A stretch of DNA of 64,000 nucleotides from an uncultured Verrucomicrobiae bacterium (GTDB lineage: Bacteria > Verrucomicrobiota > Verrucomicrobiia > Limisphaerales > Palsa-1400), in assembly GCA_963702845.1 (NCBI GenBank), contig OY969763.1, positions 2,784,001 through 2,848,000 of the forward strand. The letters are read 5' to 3'. Positions 20,240 through 30,195 of this stretch are shown here, in pieces (position 1 is the first letter of the stretch; each line of letters begins with the position of its first letter). The notes below the pieces were generated by a model that searched no databases, was not told the origin of the DNA, and saw only the letters and a program-made list of their open reading frames with translations. Both the position numbers and the translations under genes were made by a program.

Positions 20240-21454
20240 TTACTTCGCCAATGGTTTCCACTCATGCACGGCGAGCGCCGCCGCACCAAGGGCGCCGTTA
20301 AAGGTTCCCAAGGTTGAATTGACCACTCTCGGAGGACCCGCCAAAGGCGCGAATGTCGCCAATTGTGTGTTCAAACGGTCGAGAAACTGGTCTCCAAAGG
20401 CGGTCAAACCGCCGGCGAGAATGATGATTTCGGGGTTGAATGCGCAGCTCAACTGGTTGAGTGCCAGGCCAAAAGTCTGAGCAGCACCATCAAGCACGGC
20501 GAGGACTTCGCGATCGCCCGCTTGCGCGGCCAAAACGAGTTCTTTGATGGGGACGTCGTTGCTCGGGTGAGCAGGCGCAGTTCCGGCCCGACGCGAATTT
20601 ACGACGGCAGCGAAGGAAGCGATTTCCTCCAGACGCCCAAAACCGGCGTTGCCGGAGTGGCCGTTCGTTTTCGTCAATGCACAGGGCCACTCACCAATTT
20701 CACCAGCGCGATTGTGGCCGCCTTGCAGGACTTCGCCGTTGACGATAATACCAGCGCCGACGCCGCTGCGAATGCCGAGGCAAATAAAATTGGATAGTCC
20801 CCTGCCCTGTCCGAACCACAGTTCGGCGAGGGCCATGGTGCGGATGTTGTTTTCGAGGAATACAGGAACTTTAAATTTGTCGTTAAGGCGCTGGACCAAT
20901 GGGACGTTTTCCCAACCCTTGATGTGTTTGTATTTTTTGGCAACGCCGGTGGCTGGATCGATGACGCCGGGAACGCCAACGCCAATGGCCAGCAACGGCC
21001 TCGGGTCGTCCAGAGCAACTTCCTGAATCGCACATTCGATCTTGCGGAGAATATCTTCTACTGAATCTGATCGAGCAATGGTGCCGTGAAATTCTTTGAC
21101 CGGTTTTTGGGAAAAGTCGACCGAAACGGCCATGATATTGCGCGCTTCGAAATCGACGCCGATGAAGCGTCCCCCGTGAGGATTCAGTGCGAGAATAGTG
21201 GGGGGTCGGCCAGACTCCCGTTCGGTGGCTTTGCCTTCGAAAAGATACCCTTCTTCAACAAGGTGATCGACATAGATACCAACCGTGGAGGGGGCGAGAT
21301 TCAGCCCGCGTGCGAGTTCCACTCGAGACAACCCTTCACGAGTACGCACGCGACGGAGCAAGTCGGCCTGCTGCAACGCTATGCTGCCGTGCTTGATCTT
21401 GAAACGCCCCATCCGGCGTGTGCGCTCGTTTTTTGATTTGATCACTGGAGCCAT
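20240..21454 (-). CDS. ROK-family transcriptional regulator (NagC/XylR-like)
   Basis: HTH SRVELARGLNLAPSTV, SGRPP, IGVGVPG, ENNIR, GVGAGII, AGEIG; ATG 21454 lies just after the upstream prepilin stop. Confidence 0.9.
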   Translation of the reverse strand: MAPVIKSKNERTRRMGRFKIKHGSIALQQADLLRRVRTREGLSRVELARGLNLAPSTVGIYVDHLVEEGYLFEGKATERESGRPPTILALNPHGGRFIGVDFEARNIMAVSVDFSQKPVKEFHGTIARSDSVEDILRKIECAIQEVALDDPRPLLAIGVGVPGVIDPATGVAKKYKHIKGWENVPLVQRLNDKFKVPVFLENNIRTMALAELWFGQGRGLSNFICLGIRSGVGAGIIVNGEVLQGGHNRAGEIGEWPCALTKTNGHSGNAGFGRLEEIASFAAVVNSRRAGTAPAHPSNDVPIKELVLAAQAGDREVLAVLDGAAQTFGLALNQLSCAFNPEIIILAGGLTAFGDQFLDRLNTQLATFAPLAGPPRVVNSTLGTFNGALGAAALAVHEWKPLAK

Positions 21455-21458
21455 ATAA

Positions 21459-22253
21459 TCACAAACCCGTTGGGGGCCAAAGACTACATTTGTCTCCAGC
21501 CTGCTGTCCTGAATCTCCGGTCCCGCGGGCGGAATCGGGGTAATCGCACCACAAATTGCCGGCGTAATTCGTCGTATCGCGCAGGAACTGGAAGACTTGA
21601 TAAAACTCCACGTGCCCGTCAAACGCCGTAATGATGCATCCCTTCTTACTGTGAAAAGTCCCCGGGCCTTCACCTGTTTTCGGCGTGCTGCTTGCGTCAT
21701 TCCAATTGCCCGGCTTTGTGGGGTCAGGTTCCCACATGCAAAATGCAGTCGCAGGTTTGAAGTCGCCCAACCGATGCGTTCCGGCCAAACCCGACCCAGC
21801 AATCGCCTGGGGCTTGGAATGCCACCCCATAACCGCGCCATTCATCACGTAAGTAGATAGCCGATTGCCGCGGGTCGCCCAAAGCGTGTTATTCGTTGCG
21901 TCTGCCGGACACTGGTAAACCTTGTAATTCCTTGTGTAGGCAATTAATTGCCCGCCGCTATAGGCTAATTGAGGTGGAGCAGACGGAACGGGTGGCGCGT
22001 TGTTGCTTGGCGCATAAAGCCAGCCGGGGTTGGCTGTTCCCCAATTCGGCCAAACCATGCGATCCCGGTAATCTCCCGAATACATAGTGAAGGACACGGA
22101 AATCTGTTTGCAATTGTTTCGGCATTGGGTTGCCAACGCGCTCTGTTTAGCCCTGGCTAAAGCAGGCAACAACATCGATGCAAGAATGGCAATAATTGCG
22201 ATAACCACCAACAATTCGATTAGTGTAAAACCAGTTTTTTTGTGGGTAGGCAT
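21459..22253 (-). CDS. Second prepilin-type N-methylation protein (DUF1559 / H-X9-DG type)
   Basis: [45 protein letters not shown]. Confidence 0.92.
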   Translation of the reverse strand: MPTHKKTGFTLIELLVVIAIIAILASMLLPALARAKQSALATQCRNNCKQISVSFTMYSGDYRDRMVWPNWGTANPGWLYAPSNNAPPVPSAPPQLAYSGGQLIAYTRNYKVYQCPADATNNTLWATRGNRLSTYVMNGAVMGWHSKPQAIAGSGLAGTHRLGDFKPATAFCMWEPDPTKPGNWNDASSTPKTGEGPGTFHSKKGCIITAFDGHVEFYQVFQFLRDTTNYAGNLWCDYPDSARGTGDSGQQAGDKCSLWPPTGL

Positions 22254-22329
22254 GCGCTTTAGACGACTTAATTGGGATACTTTCTACGGTGATACGCCGA
22301 TTTCAAAAAAAGTCAATTAGACAACGCCC

Positions 22330-24675
22330 TTATTGTTTGGCGACGTCGGAATGGCGGACATGCAGGAGCACGGGAAGGGAGGTCGGGTTACCAGCTTGTT
22401 TTGCCTGGATGTAGAAGAGACGGTCGGTGTCAGACACCCACTTGGCTGCTTTCAGGAAAATCTGACGGTGGGTTTCGTTGGCGGGAATGAGCACGCCGCT
22501 CAAACCGATGTTATCGACGATGACGCCGTGCGGAAGATTTTCGGCGGTGAAGGTGGCAATATCGTCAAAGCCCGTGCGCCGCACTTTCAACCAAACCGGG
22601 ATAATCTGGCCCGGCGCGATTGTGATATCCTGCGGCGGATCGGCAATCGTGCGAACGACGAAGTTAGTGGAGGACTCGGAGTAAGGTTCGGCAGCGACGA
22701 TCATTTGCGCCTTGTCACCAATTTTGATTTTTTCGAAGCGGTTGACGTCTTTAACCATTACCTTCCCGGCGACCTTGGTTTTGGCGGTAACTTTCAATTG
22801 CGCCAGTGTTTCAGGCTTCGGTTCAACGGCATTTGTCGCGGCATTGATTGTTCCGCGCGCTTCCAAATGGCCGGCCTGAATTGTTAACGGTGTCGAAACT
22901 TTGAAACCGGCGGGTACGTTTTGGAAGTCGATGACAATGTCGTTGTCAAAGCCGTCAATGCGATCGACTGCGACCGAGAATTGCTGACCGGAGCCCGGGC
23001 TGATCGTCGGACTCGTCTCTTTCAAAGTCACTTTGAAATCCGGGCGCGATTCGCGGACGGTCAGGCGATAGGCGAATCGTTCGCCATAATAACCGCGCGT
23101 GTCGGTAACCCGCACAAGATATTCGCCATCGGCGGGGGCAACAAACTGCAATCGTGAATCTGTGCCGAGTTCCCGCTCACCGTCATCGTCATTGGCGTAA
23201 AGGATCGGAAATACCGGCAGACCGTTTGCCACGAGCTTTTCTCCAGAGGGGTGAGCCTCGACGATATAACAAGGCGCGTCCAAGGCATGCGCTGACGCGC
23301 TGCTGTCAAAGTAATCGCGTCGCTTACCGCCAGATTGATACAACTGAAAACCAGAGTCGGGACCCTCCGGCATCCGGAAGATTTTGCAAACCTCGCCGCC
23401 CATATATAGATACTGGTTCAACTCCATTTCCTGCCAGTTCTCGACCCGAATGTCTGGTGAGCGTGAATCGATATCCTTGAAAGTGATGGCTGAATCTCGA
23501 ACGGCCTGCAGTTGGACGCGCTCCACTGGCTTGCCGTCGCCATATAAGACTTCGATTTTCGTATCGATCGGCGAACCGCGACGGCTTGCATCCGTCTCGA
23601 TGATGAGTGACTGCCCTGCTGCGGCTTTGAAACGGTATAAATCGGCATCGCTACCACTCGCAGACCAGATACGACCAGAAATGGTTCCGGGCACTGGAAT
23701 TTGAGTTGCCTGACTCGGCGTGTCGTTTGGTTCAACTTCGACCAACTCGGGCCCGTCTGTCGCAAGGAGTTTCAAGCTACGGCGCACTCGAAATTTTGCC
23801 ATGTCGACCGGCAGGTCCATCTCGCCCGCTTTCGTCGGTTTTACGTGCACCTTGGCTTCGTGCAGGTTGTAGCCGATGAGTTGAATGTCGTGGTCCTGGT
23901 TGACGGCGGTGCTCAACGGATACATGCCGACGACCACCGGCAATTCACCAATGGTCAAACGATAGGTATGCTCTGGAGAACCGGTTGCGGTTGTGTCTTT
24001 GATTTGAACCTTGTAACGGCCGGTCTTCGGTGCAGTGAAAGCGATCAATGGTTCAGGGCCGTCGAAACCGCTGTTCGCCTCAATCAACGTTCCATGCGGA
24101 TCAAATAAAGCGATCATGGCGTCGGCTTTGGAGCCGATGCTCGTCGTGCTCAAATCCAGAACCAACGATTGCCCTGCCCGCGCTTCGAATTGCACTTCGT
24201 CGAGATTGCCCGCGGGATTGATTGCTCCCCAATAGGCGACGGGAAGCTTCAGCGTTTTGGTGTTAGTCACCTCTTGCGCCTGGGGAATATCGTCGACGTA
24301 TAGTTTTACCTTGGCGCTTTCACCCTTCGCGTTCACGACCGAGATATCGTAAGCGCCACGGTGTAAATCTGAAGCAGCTTTGACCATGATCCACGCTTCG
24401 GTGGTATCTTCATCTGATTCGCCGTCGAGTTTCGCGACGAGATTTGAGTTGCCTGTTTTTACTTCGGTGAGATCAACGAAATTGGTGCCGATTAATCTGA
24501 CGCGTGTTTCGATTCCGTTCTGAACACCACGAGGTTCAAAGCGTGTGATGTCCGGTTTTTCGCCGATAACTTTCGGCTTCTGCATCTTTTTTGCTTTCTT
24601 CGGTGCAGCTATCGCCACAGAGCCGATCGCGCAAACGAGCAGCAGCAGCAAAACGTATTTCAAAGCTCGCAACAT
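22330..24675 (-). CDS. Secreted PPC (pre-peptidase C-terminal) domain protein of DUF1501 cluster
   Basis: Signal peptide MLRALKYVLLLLL; EVEPND, DLYRFKAAAGQ, NDDD, DSRLQFVAPADGEY. Confidence 0.85.
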   Translation of the reverse strand: MLRALKYVLLLLLVCAIGSVAIAAPKKAKKMQKPKVIGEKPDITRFEPRGVQNGIETRVRLIGTNFVDLTEVKTGNSNLVAKLDGESDEDTTEAWIMVKAASDLHRGAYDISVVNAKGESAKVKLYVDDIPQAQEVTNTKTLKLPVAYWGAINPAGNLDEVQFEARAGQSLVLDLSTTSIGSKADAMIALFDPHGTLIEANSGFDGPEPLIAFTAPKTGRYKVQIKDTTATGSPEHTYRLTIGELPVVVGMYPLSTAVNQDHDIQLIGYNLHEAKVHVKPTKAGEMDLPVDMAKFRVRRSLKLLATDGPELVEVEPNDTPSQATQIPVPGTISGRIWSASGSDADLYRFKAAAGQSLIIETDASRRGSPIDTKIEVLYGDGKPVERVQLQAVRDSAITFKDIDSRSPDIRVENWQEMELNQYLYMGGEVCKIFRMPEGPDSGFQLYQSGGKRRDYFDSSASAHALDAPCYIVEAHPSGEKLVANGLPVFPILYANDDDGERELGTDSRLQFVAPADGEYLVRVTDTRGYYGERFAYRLTVRESRPDFKVTLKETSPTISPGSGQQFSVAVDRIDGFDNDIVIDFQNVPAGFKVSTPLTIQAGHLEARGTINAATNAVEPKPETLAQLKVTAKTKVAGKVMVKDVNRFEKIKIGDKAQMIVAAEPYSESSTNFVVRTIADPPQDITIAPGQIIPVWLKVRRTGFDDIATFTAENLPHGVIVDNIGLSGVLIPANETHRQIFLKAAKWVSDTDRLFYIQAKQAGNPTSLPVLLHVRHSDVAKQ

Positions 24676-24676
24676 A

Positions 24677-26017
24677 TTATTTCTTTGAAAGCTTCGCGTT
24701 GTGGTCGGTTGAGATATGAATATCCAGAGGCTTGCCACTGAGATCATAGAACGCAACGGTGCCATCCAGTCGGCCTAAAGCGATTTTGTCGGAGGAAACG
24801 AAATCCAAGGCAGGAGCCCAGTCAGGTTGTTTTTCGAGCAGGACGCGTTCGCGCATGCCGCTGAAGTTCCAAATTTTGACGGTGCGATCGTCGGCCGTGG
24901 AAGCGAGCACCTGCCCGTCGGAGGAAAACGCGAGGTGCAGGATGGCGCCCTCGTGCGCGAACTTGGATTCGAGGATGGGATTGGTCGTCTCCGCCGCGTT
25001 GTCGCTGATCTGCCAGGTGCGAATGCGGCTATCAACGCCGCCGGCCACGAGTTTCTTGCCGTCGGGAGTGAAGGCGACGGTGTACACATCCTTCAAGGGT
25101 TGCGAGAGCGTGTCGCGGCGATTACCGGTCGCGACGTCCCAAAGTTTTACGGTTCGATCACCACTCGCGCTGGCAAGGATTTTGCCGTCTGGTCGAAACG
25201 CCAGGCCATAAACGCAGCCGTTATGGCCTGATAACGTTTTGAGTTCCTTGCCAGTCACGACATCCCACAGCTTGATTTTTTGGTCGTAGCTGCCGCTGGC
25301 CAGAATTTTTCCGTCAGGTGAAAGCGCGATTGAATAGATGGCGTCCTTGTGTCCCTTCAAAGTTCGGACGAGGGAACCATCAGCAACCTTCCAGATTTTT
25401 ATTTCGCCGAAACGCGAGTCCTCACCGGCGGCGGCGTAGATACGATGTCCGTGAGCTGAAGCGACCAATGCATTGACGTTGCCGTGGTGCCCCGAAAGTG
25501 TGCGAATCAACGAACCGTTTTCCACGGAACACAACTGAACTTCGCCGTAGCGTCCTAACGCAAAGAGCGAAGAATTCGGGATATGCACAATCGCATTCAC
25601 TGGATTGCGCGGCGCGACCTTTGGTTTGATTTCAGGAACGTTGAGCTCTTTAACGATTGCTGCCGCTGGTGGTTTTGCGCCCGCATCGATCCATGCTTTG
25701 ATCGCGGCGATTTCTTCAAGGTCGAGCTTTTTGCGTTTCTTCGGCGGCATGACGAGCGTCTTGCCGTCCTTGCTGGTTTTGCCCTCGACCATTTTTACCA
25801 ACAAACTGTCACTGCTTTTACCCGGCACAATGGCGGCGCCGTTCTCGCCGCCCTTCATCAAGCCTTCGTAGTTTTCCAAAACGAGTTTCGCTTCGGGTTC
25901 TTTGGATTCGTGGCAATCGAGGCAGTATTTGGAAAAGATAGCGTCGACGGCGACGTAATCCGGAGCCGCCACCGCAGATAGCGCAAGACTGAACAAAAAT
26001 AAAAACGCTGCGCGCAT
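24677..26017 (-). CDS. Planctomycete cytochrome c domain + WD40 repeat protein
   Basis: CLDCH heme motif, MPP, WIDAGA; multiple GH...SPDGKILAS.S.D.TVKLWD repeats. Confidence 0.92.
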   Translation of the reverse strand: MRAAFLFLFSLALSAVAAPDYVAVDAIFSKYCLDCHESKEPEAKLVLENYEGLMKGGENGAAIVPGKSSDSLLVKMVEGKTSKDGKTLVMPPKKRKKLDLEEIAAIKAWIDAGAKPPAAAIVKELNVPEIKPKVAPRNPVNAIVHIPNSSLFALGRYGEVQLCSVENGSLIRTLSGHHGNVNALVASAHGHRIYAAAGEDSRFGEIKIWKVADGSLVRTLKGHKDAIYSIALSPDGKILASGSYDQKIKLWDVVTGKELKTLSGHNGCVYGLAFRPDGKILASASGDRTVKLWDVATGNRRDTLSQPLKDVYTVAFTPDGKKLVAGGVDSRIRTWQISDNAAETTNPILESKFAHEGAILHLAFSSDGQVLASTADDRTVKIWNFSGMRERVLLEKQPDWAPALDFVSSDKIALGRLDGTVAFYDLSGKPLDIHISTDHNAKLSKK

Positions 26018-26018
26018 A

Positions 26019-28469
26019 TCAATGGTTGAACAAGAATTCCCTGCTGCTCAACAGCGCCCAATATATGTCTTCAACGACCGGCCGAACCTCGTCCGGTTTT
26101 GTCGTTTCGAGAGCGGAGATGAGTTTCTTTTTCTCCGGCTCGGTTGGATACCGACAGAGCGCGCTCAAATACGCGTGGTCCAACATTGTTTGCGGCGACG
26201 TTTTCTTGCTCAACAACTTGCCGATCTCGTTGTTCTTTGCCTCGAGCTTCTTGTTGATCGTGTCGCCGTTACAAACGTGCAAGACCTGCGAAATGCTCGG
26301 GTCAGCGGTGCGTTCGCATTCGCAGGTGATACTGCGATCGGGACGGCCAAAGGTTTTGAGGAAATACGAATCCACTCGAGTATCGGGCAACTGCATCGCG
26401 CGCCAGCCTTTCGGGAACGGCACGGCCTGACCGCCGAAGTCTGCCGTGCTGCCCGTGAAGCTCGATGAATCATAAGTGTCCGTCACTTGCGAGACGGCGT
26501 CCAACAGCACTTCAGCCATCAGCCGACGCGGATAGTAACGCGAATAGAACCGGGTATCGGCAACGTTCTCCGGCAACGCCTCGCTGGAGCGCTGATAGGT
26601 TTCGGACTGCAGAATGGTCCGCATCAAAATTTTAAGGTCAAACTTTTGGTCGCTCAGGAACTTTGCTGTTGCTGACAAAAGTTTTTCGTTACTGGCCGGA
26701 TTGGTGACCCGCAAATCATCGACTGCTTCAATAATGCCCACGCCGAAAAAGTTCGCCCAAACGCGGTTGACGATCGCTCGCGCGAAATACGGATTGTCGC
26801 GAGAGACGAGCCAATCCGCTAAATGCTGGCGGCGATCTTCGGGCGAATCGATCGGAACGGGCGTGCCGTCCAGCGGTGTAGGAACTTGTGGTTTGCCGGT
26901 CAAAGGCTGCACGAGATCCCCATCCGGAACCGTATAAACCACTGCTTCACCATCGCCATTGCCACTCTTGGCGCGAACACGTGCGTAAAGGTTCGCGAAC
27001 TTATAATATTGGTCGTTCGTCCACTTTTCCATCGGATGGTTGTGACACTTCGCGCACGCGACCGACATCCCGAGAAACGCTTGCGACGTGGTTTCGGCCA
27101 AAGATTTAGGGTCGTCATGCAAAACGTAGAAATTGCCGGCGCCGTTTTGGAAAGTGCTGCCGGTCGCGGTCACGATCTTGCGCGCGAACTCGTCCCAATG
27201 CGTGTTGGCGGTCACGTTCTCGCGAATCCAATTATAGTAAGACCACATCGCCGCTGGTTTCAGCTTCTTGGTGCTGACGAGCAACAGGTCCGACCATTTG
27301 TGCGACCAATAATCAACAAACTCCGGACGTTGCAACAAGCGGTCGATCAGTTGATCGCGTTTTTTGGAAGATTTGTCGGCCAAGAAATCGCGCGTTTCTT
27401 TTTCAGTGGGCAGAACGCCAATGGTATCGAGGTAAGCGCGACGAATAAACTCCGTGTCCGTGCATTTCGGTGACGGCGGAATATTCAGGCTACGGAGCTT
27501 TTCATTTACGAGATCATCGATGAAATTGCGCCGCTTGGCCTGGGTAAACACACGCGAAGGAATTTGGTTTGTGAACGGGACTGTGACGGTCGCCGCGGCG
27601 ATGCGGCTCAAATACCAGGCGGTGATCGCGCCTTCCCCATTTCCGATGACCTTCACATGTCCTTCATCATCGACCTGCGTCACGCTTCCGTTTGCAGCGT
27701 TAAATTTCGCCCAATGCGTCACGTCTTCGGTGTGGCCGTCGCTGAACGATGCGACAACCATCAGTTGCTGCGCGTCACCGTTCCTCAGCACGACAGAGCT
27801 CGGGATGATTTCGATTTTCTCAATGCGCGGATCTTCGGGTTTGGGCCCCGGCGTTCCAGAAGCAATCCAATCGGCGATGACGCGATAGTCGATCGAATCA
27901 ACGTCGAAGCGCTTGCCGCCTTTGTGTGGAACGGCGGAGGTCGGTTTCAACAACATCAGGCTGCGGCCGGGATCGCTTGGAATGACGCGGCGGCCTAAAG
28001 CGGAACGAGTCAAAGTCAAAAAATCTCCTTCATTATCATAGCCGCGCAGAGAGAGCTTGAATCCGTTTTGTCCGGCAGCGGCACCGTGGCAGGCGCCCGA
28101 GCTGCATCCGGCTTTGGCAAGGACCGGTTGGACGTGGTTGCGGAAACTCCATTCGAAAGGCTTTTCCATGCCGACGACGGTGATGTCCACCGACGCCTTT
28201 CCAGCTTTTAAAGTAACCGTTGCTTTGCCGTTGCCGACCGGAATCGCCACCCCGTTCTCCACTTTGACAACCTTCGGATTATTGGAGACAAAAACCGCAT
28301 TGGTAATTTCGCCGACGTTTTGTTTGCCTTGCACTTTTTCAGCAATCAACCGTTGATGGGCAGCTTGACCGTGCAACGTGATTTTTCGCGGAAGGATTTC
28401 GATCGTGTCGGACGCACGCGCGACAAGCCCAACGAAGAGCAACGCACAAAATAAGAAATGACGAGACAT
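26019..28469 (-). CDS. DUF1549/DUF1553 protein with Ig-like domains
   Basis: CSSGACHG, FIRRAYLD, CAKCHNHP, NPYFARAIVNRVW, RRLMAEVL, FGRPDR, EFLFNH; start 28469 or 28475. Confidence 0.92.
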   Translation of the reverse strand: MSRHFLFCALLFVGLVARASDTIEILPRKITLHGQAAHQRLIAEKVQGKQNVGEITNAVFVSNNPKVVKVENGVAIPVGNGKATVTLKAGKASVDITVVGMEKPFEWSFRNHVQPVLAKAGCSSGACHGAAAGQNGFKLSLRGYDNEGDFLTLTRSALGRRVIPSDPGRSLMLLKPTSAVPHKGGKRFDVDSIDYRVIADWIASGTPGPKPEDPRIEKIEIIPSSVVLRNGDAQQLMVVASFSDGHTEDVTHWAKFNAANGSVTQVDDEGHVKVIGNGEGAITAWYLSRIAAATVTVPFTNQIPSRVFTQAKRRNFIDDLVNEKLRSLNIPPSPKCTDTEFIRRAYLDTIGVLPTEKETRDFLADKSSKKRDQLIDRLLQRPEFVDYWSHKWSDLLLVSTKKLKPAAMWSYYNWIRENVTANTHWDEFARKIVTATGSTFQNGAGNFYVLHDDPKSLAETTSQAFLGMSVACAKCHNHPMEKWTNDQYYKFANLYARVRAKSGNGDGEAVVYTVPDGDLVQPLTGKPQVPTPLDGTPVPIDSPEDRRQHLADWLVSRDNPYFARAIVNRVWANFFGVGIIEAVDDLRVTNPASNEKLLSATAKFLSDQKFDLKILMRTILQSETYQRSSEALPENVADTRFYSRYYPRRLMAEVLLDAVSQVTDTYDSSSFTGSTADFGGQAVPFPKGWRAMQLPDTRVDSYFLKTFGRPDRSITCECERTADPSISQVLHVCNGDTINKKLEAKNNEIGKLLSKKTSPQTMLDHAYLSALCRYPTEPEKKKLISALETTKPDEVRPVVEDIYWALLSSREFLFNH

Positions 28470-28477
28470 AACCACGG

Positions 28478-29854
28478 CTAGAACAGTTCGTTGATTGGTT
28501 GCGTCCCAAAATCGACGACCGGGAACGGCCGCGACTGCGGTCCAGGCAGCTTAGTTTCCAGATCAACGCCTACAGATTTGAGGATGGTCGCGACGACTTC
28601 AGACGGTTTCACGGGCCGCTCGGTTGGATATGCACCAATGTCGTCGCTCTTGCCGACGACACGACCGCCTTTCACCCCACCACCGGCAAAATTGATTGTC
28701 CAACATTGCGGCCAGTGATCGCGACCGCCGGCCGGGTTTACTTTTGGCGTGCGACCGAATTCGGCGAGGCAGGCGATCATCGTCTTATCCAACATGCCGC
28801 GCTGGAACAAATCTTCGAGCAGCGCCGTGTAGCCCTGGTCATACATCGGCGCGACGATGTCTTTCATTCCAGCAATGGACGTGAAGGGTTTCGAGCCGTG
28901 AATATCCCACGTGATTTCATCGAACACGGTGATGAACGTGTTGATGGTGACGAAACGCACGCCGCGTTCGACAAGACGGCGAGCGAGCAAACAACTTTGG
29001 CCAAATCGCGTCATGCCATAACGATCACGGACTTTTTGCGGTTCTTTCTCGAGGTCAAATGCCTCGCGCGCCTTGCTGCTCGTCATCAGGCGATAGGCCG
29101 ACGCGAAGTTTGTATCCATCAACTGCGCGTTCGGGCTGGCTTCGAAATTCTTCACCGCATCGTCAACCACCTGGCGCAATTCGCGACGGCGTTCGAGGCG
29201 GGCTTCGCCAATTTCGGTCGGCGGCAAAAGATCTGGAACTTTGAAACCTTTCTTCGAAGGGTCAGCATTCAGCACGAATGGGTCAAATGACTTGCCGAGG
29301 AACCCGGCGTCCTGGCCATGCGGCATGTTTCCGCCGGTCGGGCCCATCGGCTCGGGCAGAATAATATTGGCAGGCAACTCGTTACGGCGGCCTTTCAAAA
29401 ACTCCAACGCGCACCCGACATGCGGCGTATTAACTCCGCCCGTAAATAACCGCCCTGTCTGCATCAACTGATGCCCACCATCGTGCACCGCCGGACCGGT
29501 GTGATAACAACTGCGCACCAGCGAAAATTTGTCGGCGTGTTTGGCGTGGAGCGGGAAAATCTCTGAAATCTGAATGTCCGGATTGTTCGTCCTGATCGGC
29601 TTGAATGGCCCGCGAATTTCCGCTGGCGCATCCGGTTTCATATCCCACGTATCGATCTGGCTGGGCGCGCCGAGATTAAAAATCATGATGCACGAACGAT
29701 CGTCATTTCCCTTAGGTGCGGCGCCCATCGCCTGAAGTTCCGCAAACTTCGATAGCGATAATCCAATCGCGCCCAGCGTGCCGACCTGAAGGAAGTCGCG
29801 ACGGGTTATTCCGTCGCAAGTCGTGATCGAACCTCTGCCGGTGAACTTGAGCAT
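28478..29854 (-). CDS. DUF1501 protein (Tat signal)
   Basis: TRRDFLQ, GAPSQIDTWDMKP, ARRLVERGVRFV, EFGRTP, GRDHW. Confidence 0.93.
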   Translation of the reverse strand: MLKFTGRGSITTCDGITRRDFLQVGTLGAIGLSLSKFAELQAMGAAPKGNDDRSCIMIFNLGAPSQIDTWDMKPDAPAEIRGPFKPIRTNNPDIQISEIFPLHAKHADKFSLVRSCYHTGPAVHDGGHQLMQTGRLFTGGVNTPHVGCALEFLKGRRNELPANIILPEPMGPTGGNMPHGQDAGFLGKSFDPFVLNADPSKKGFKVPDLLPPTEIGEARLERRRELRQVVDDAVKNFEASPNAQLMDTNFASAYRLMTSSKAREAFDLEKEPQKVRDRYGMTRFGQSCLLARRLVERGVRFVTINTFITVFDEITWDIHGSKPFTSIAGMKDIVAPMYDQGYTALLEDLFQRGMLDKTMIACLAEFGRTPKVNPAGGRDHWPQCWTINFAGGGVKGGRVVGKSDDIGAYPTERPVKPSEVVATILKSVGVDLETKLPGPQSRPFPVVDFGTQPINELF

Positions 29855-29966
29855 ACGATTATAGACGTAACATCGGACAAAAATATTTGGGCTGCATTTT
29901 AAAAATATCTCTTTCTTGAAATGATTCAATCGCAATCAGTAGTGTCGCGGCCTGTCGGGCGGGACA

Positions 29967-30006
29967 GATTACTTGCGATTACCTCTGATTACTTCTGATT
30001 ACCTCT
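29967..30006 (+). repeat. 4 x 10-bp periodic repeat GATTACnnnn (block 1)
   Basis: GATTAC at 29967, 29977, 29987, 29997. Confidence 0.9.
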
Positions 30007-30139
30007 TTCGTGTTTTTTCGATTTTCCATAAAAGTTAGAGCCTCCTTACGTCGGCTGCTACATTAGTATAACGACGGACGAAACGGCGTGATCGTCCCTA
30101 CCTGGAAGACATATGCTGGACGGTGTTTTCATGGATCGA

Positions 30140-30179
30140 GATTACTTGCGATTACCTGTGATTACTTCTGATTACCTTT
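30140..30179 (+). repeat. 4 x 10-bp periodic repeat GATTACnnnn (block 2, near-identical to block 1)
   Basis: GATTAC at 30140, 30150, 30160, 30170. Confidence 0.9.
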
Positions 30180-30195
30180 TTTCATATTTTTCACG

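Noticed and set aside
21455..21841. N-terminal extension of the ROK ORF
   Set aside because: Overlaps the prepilin gene in another frame; ROK homology begins after ATG 21454.
24660..24780. Frameshift splitting a WD40-PPC fusion
   Set aside because: Downstream ORF has its own ATG right after the stop and a clear signal peptide, so two genes is more parsimonious.
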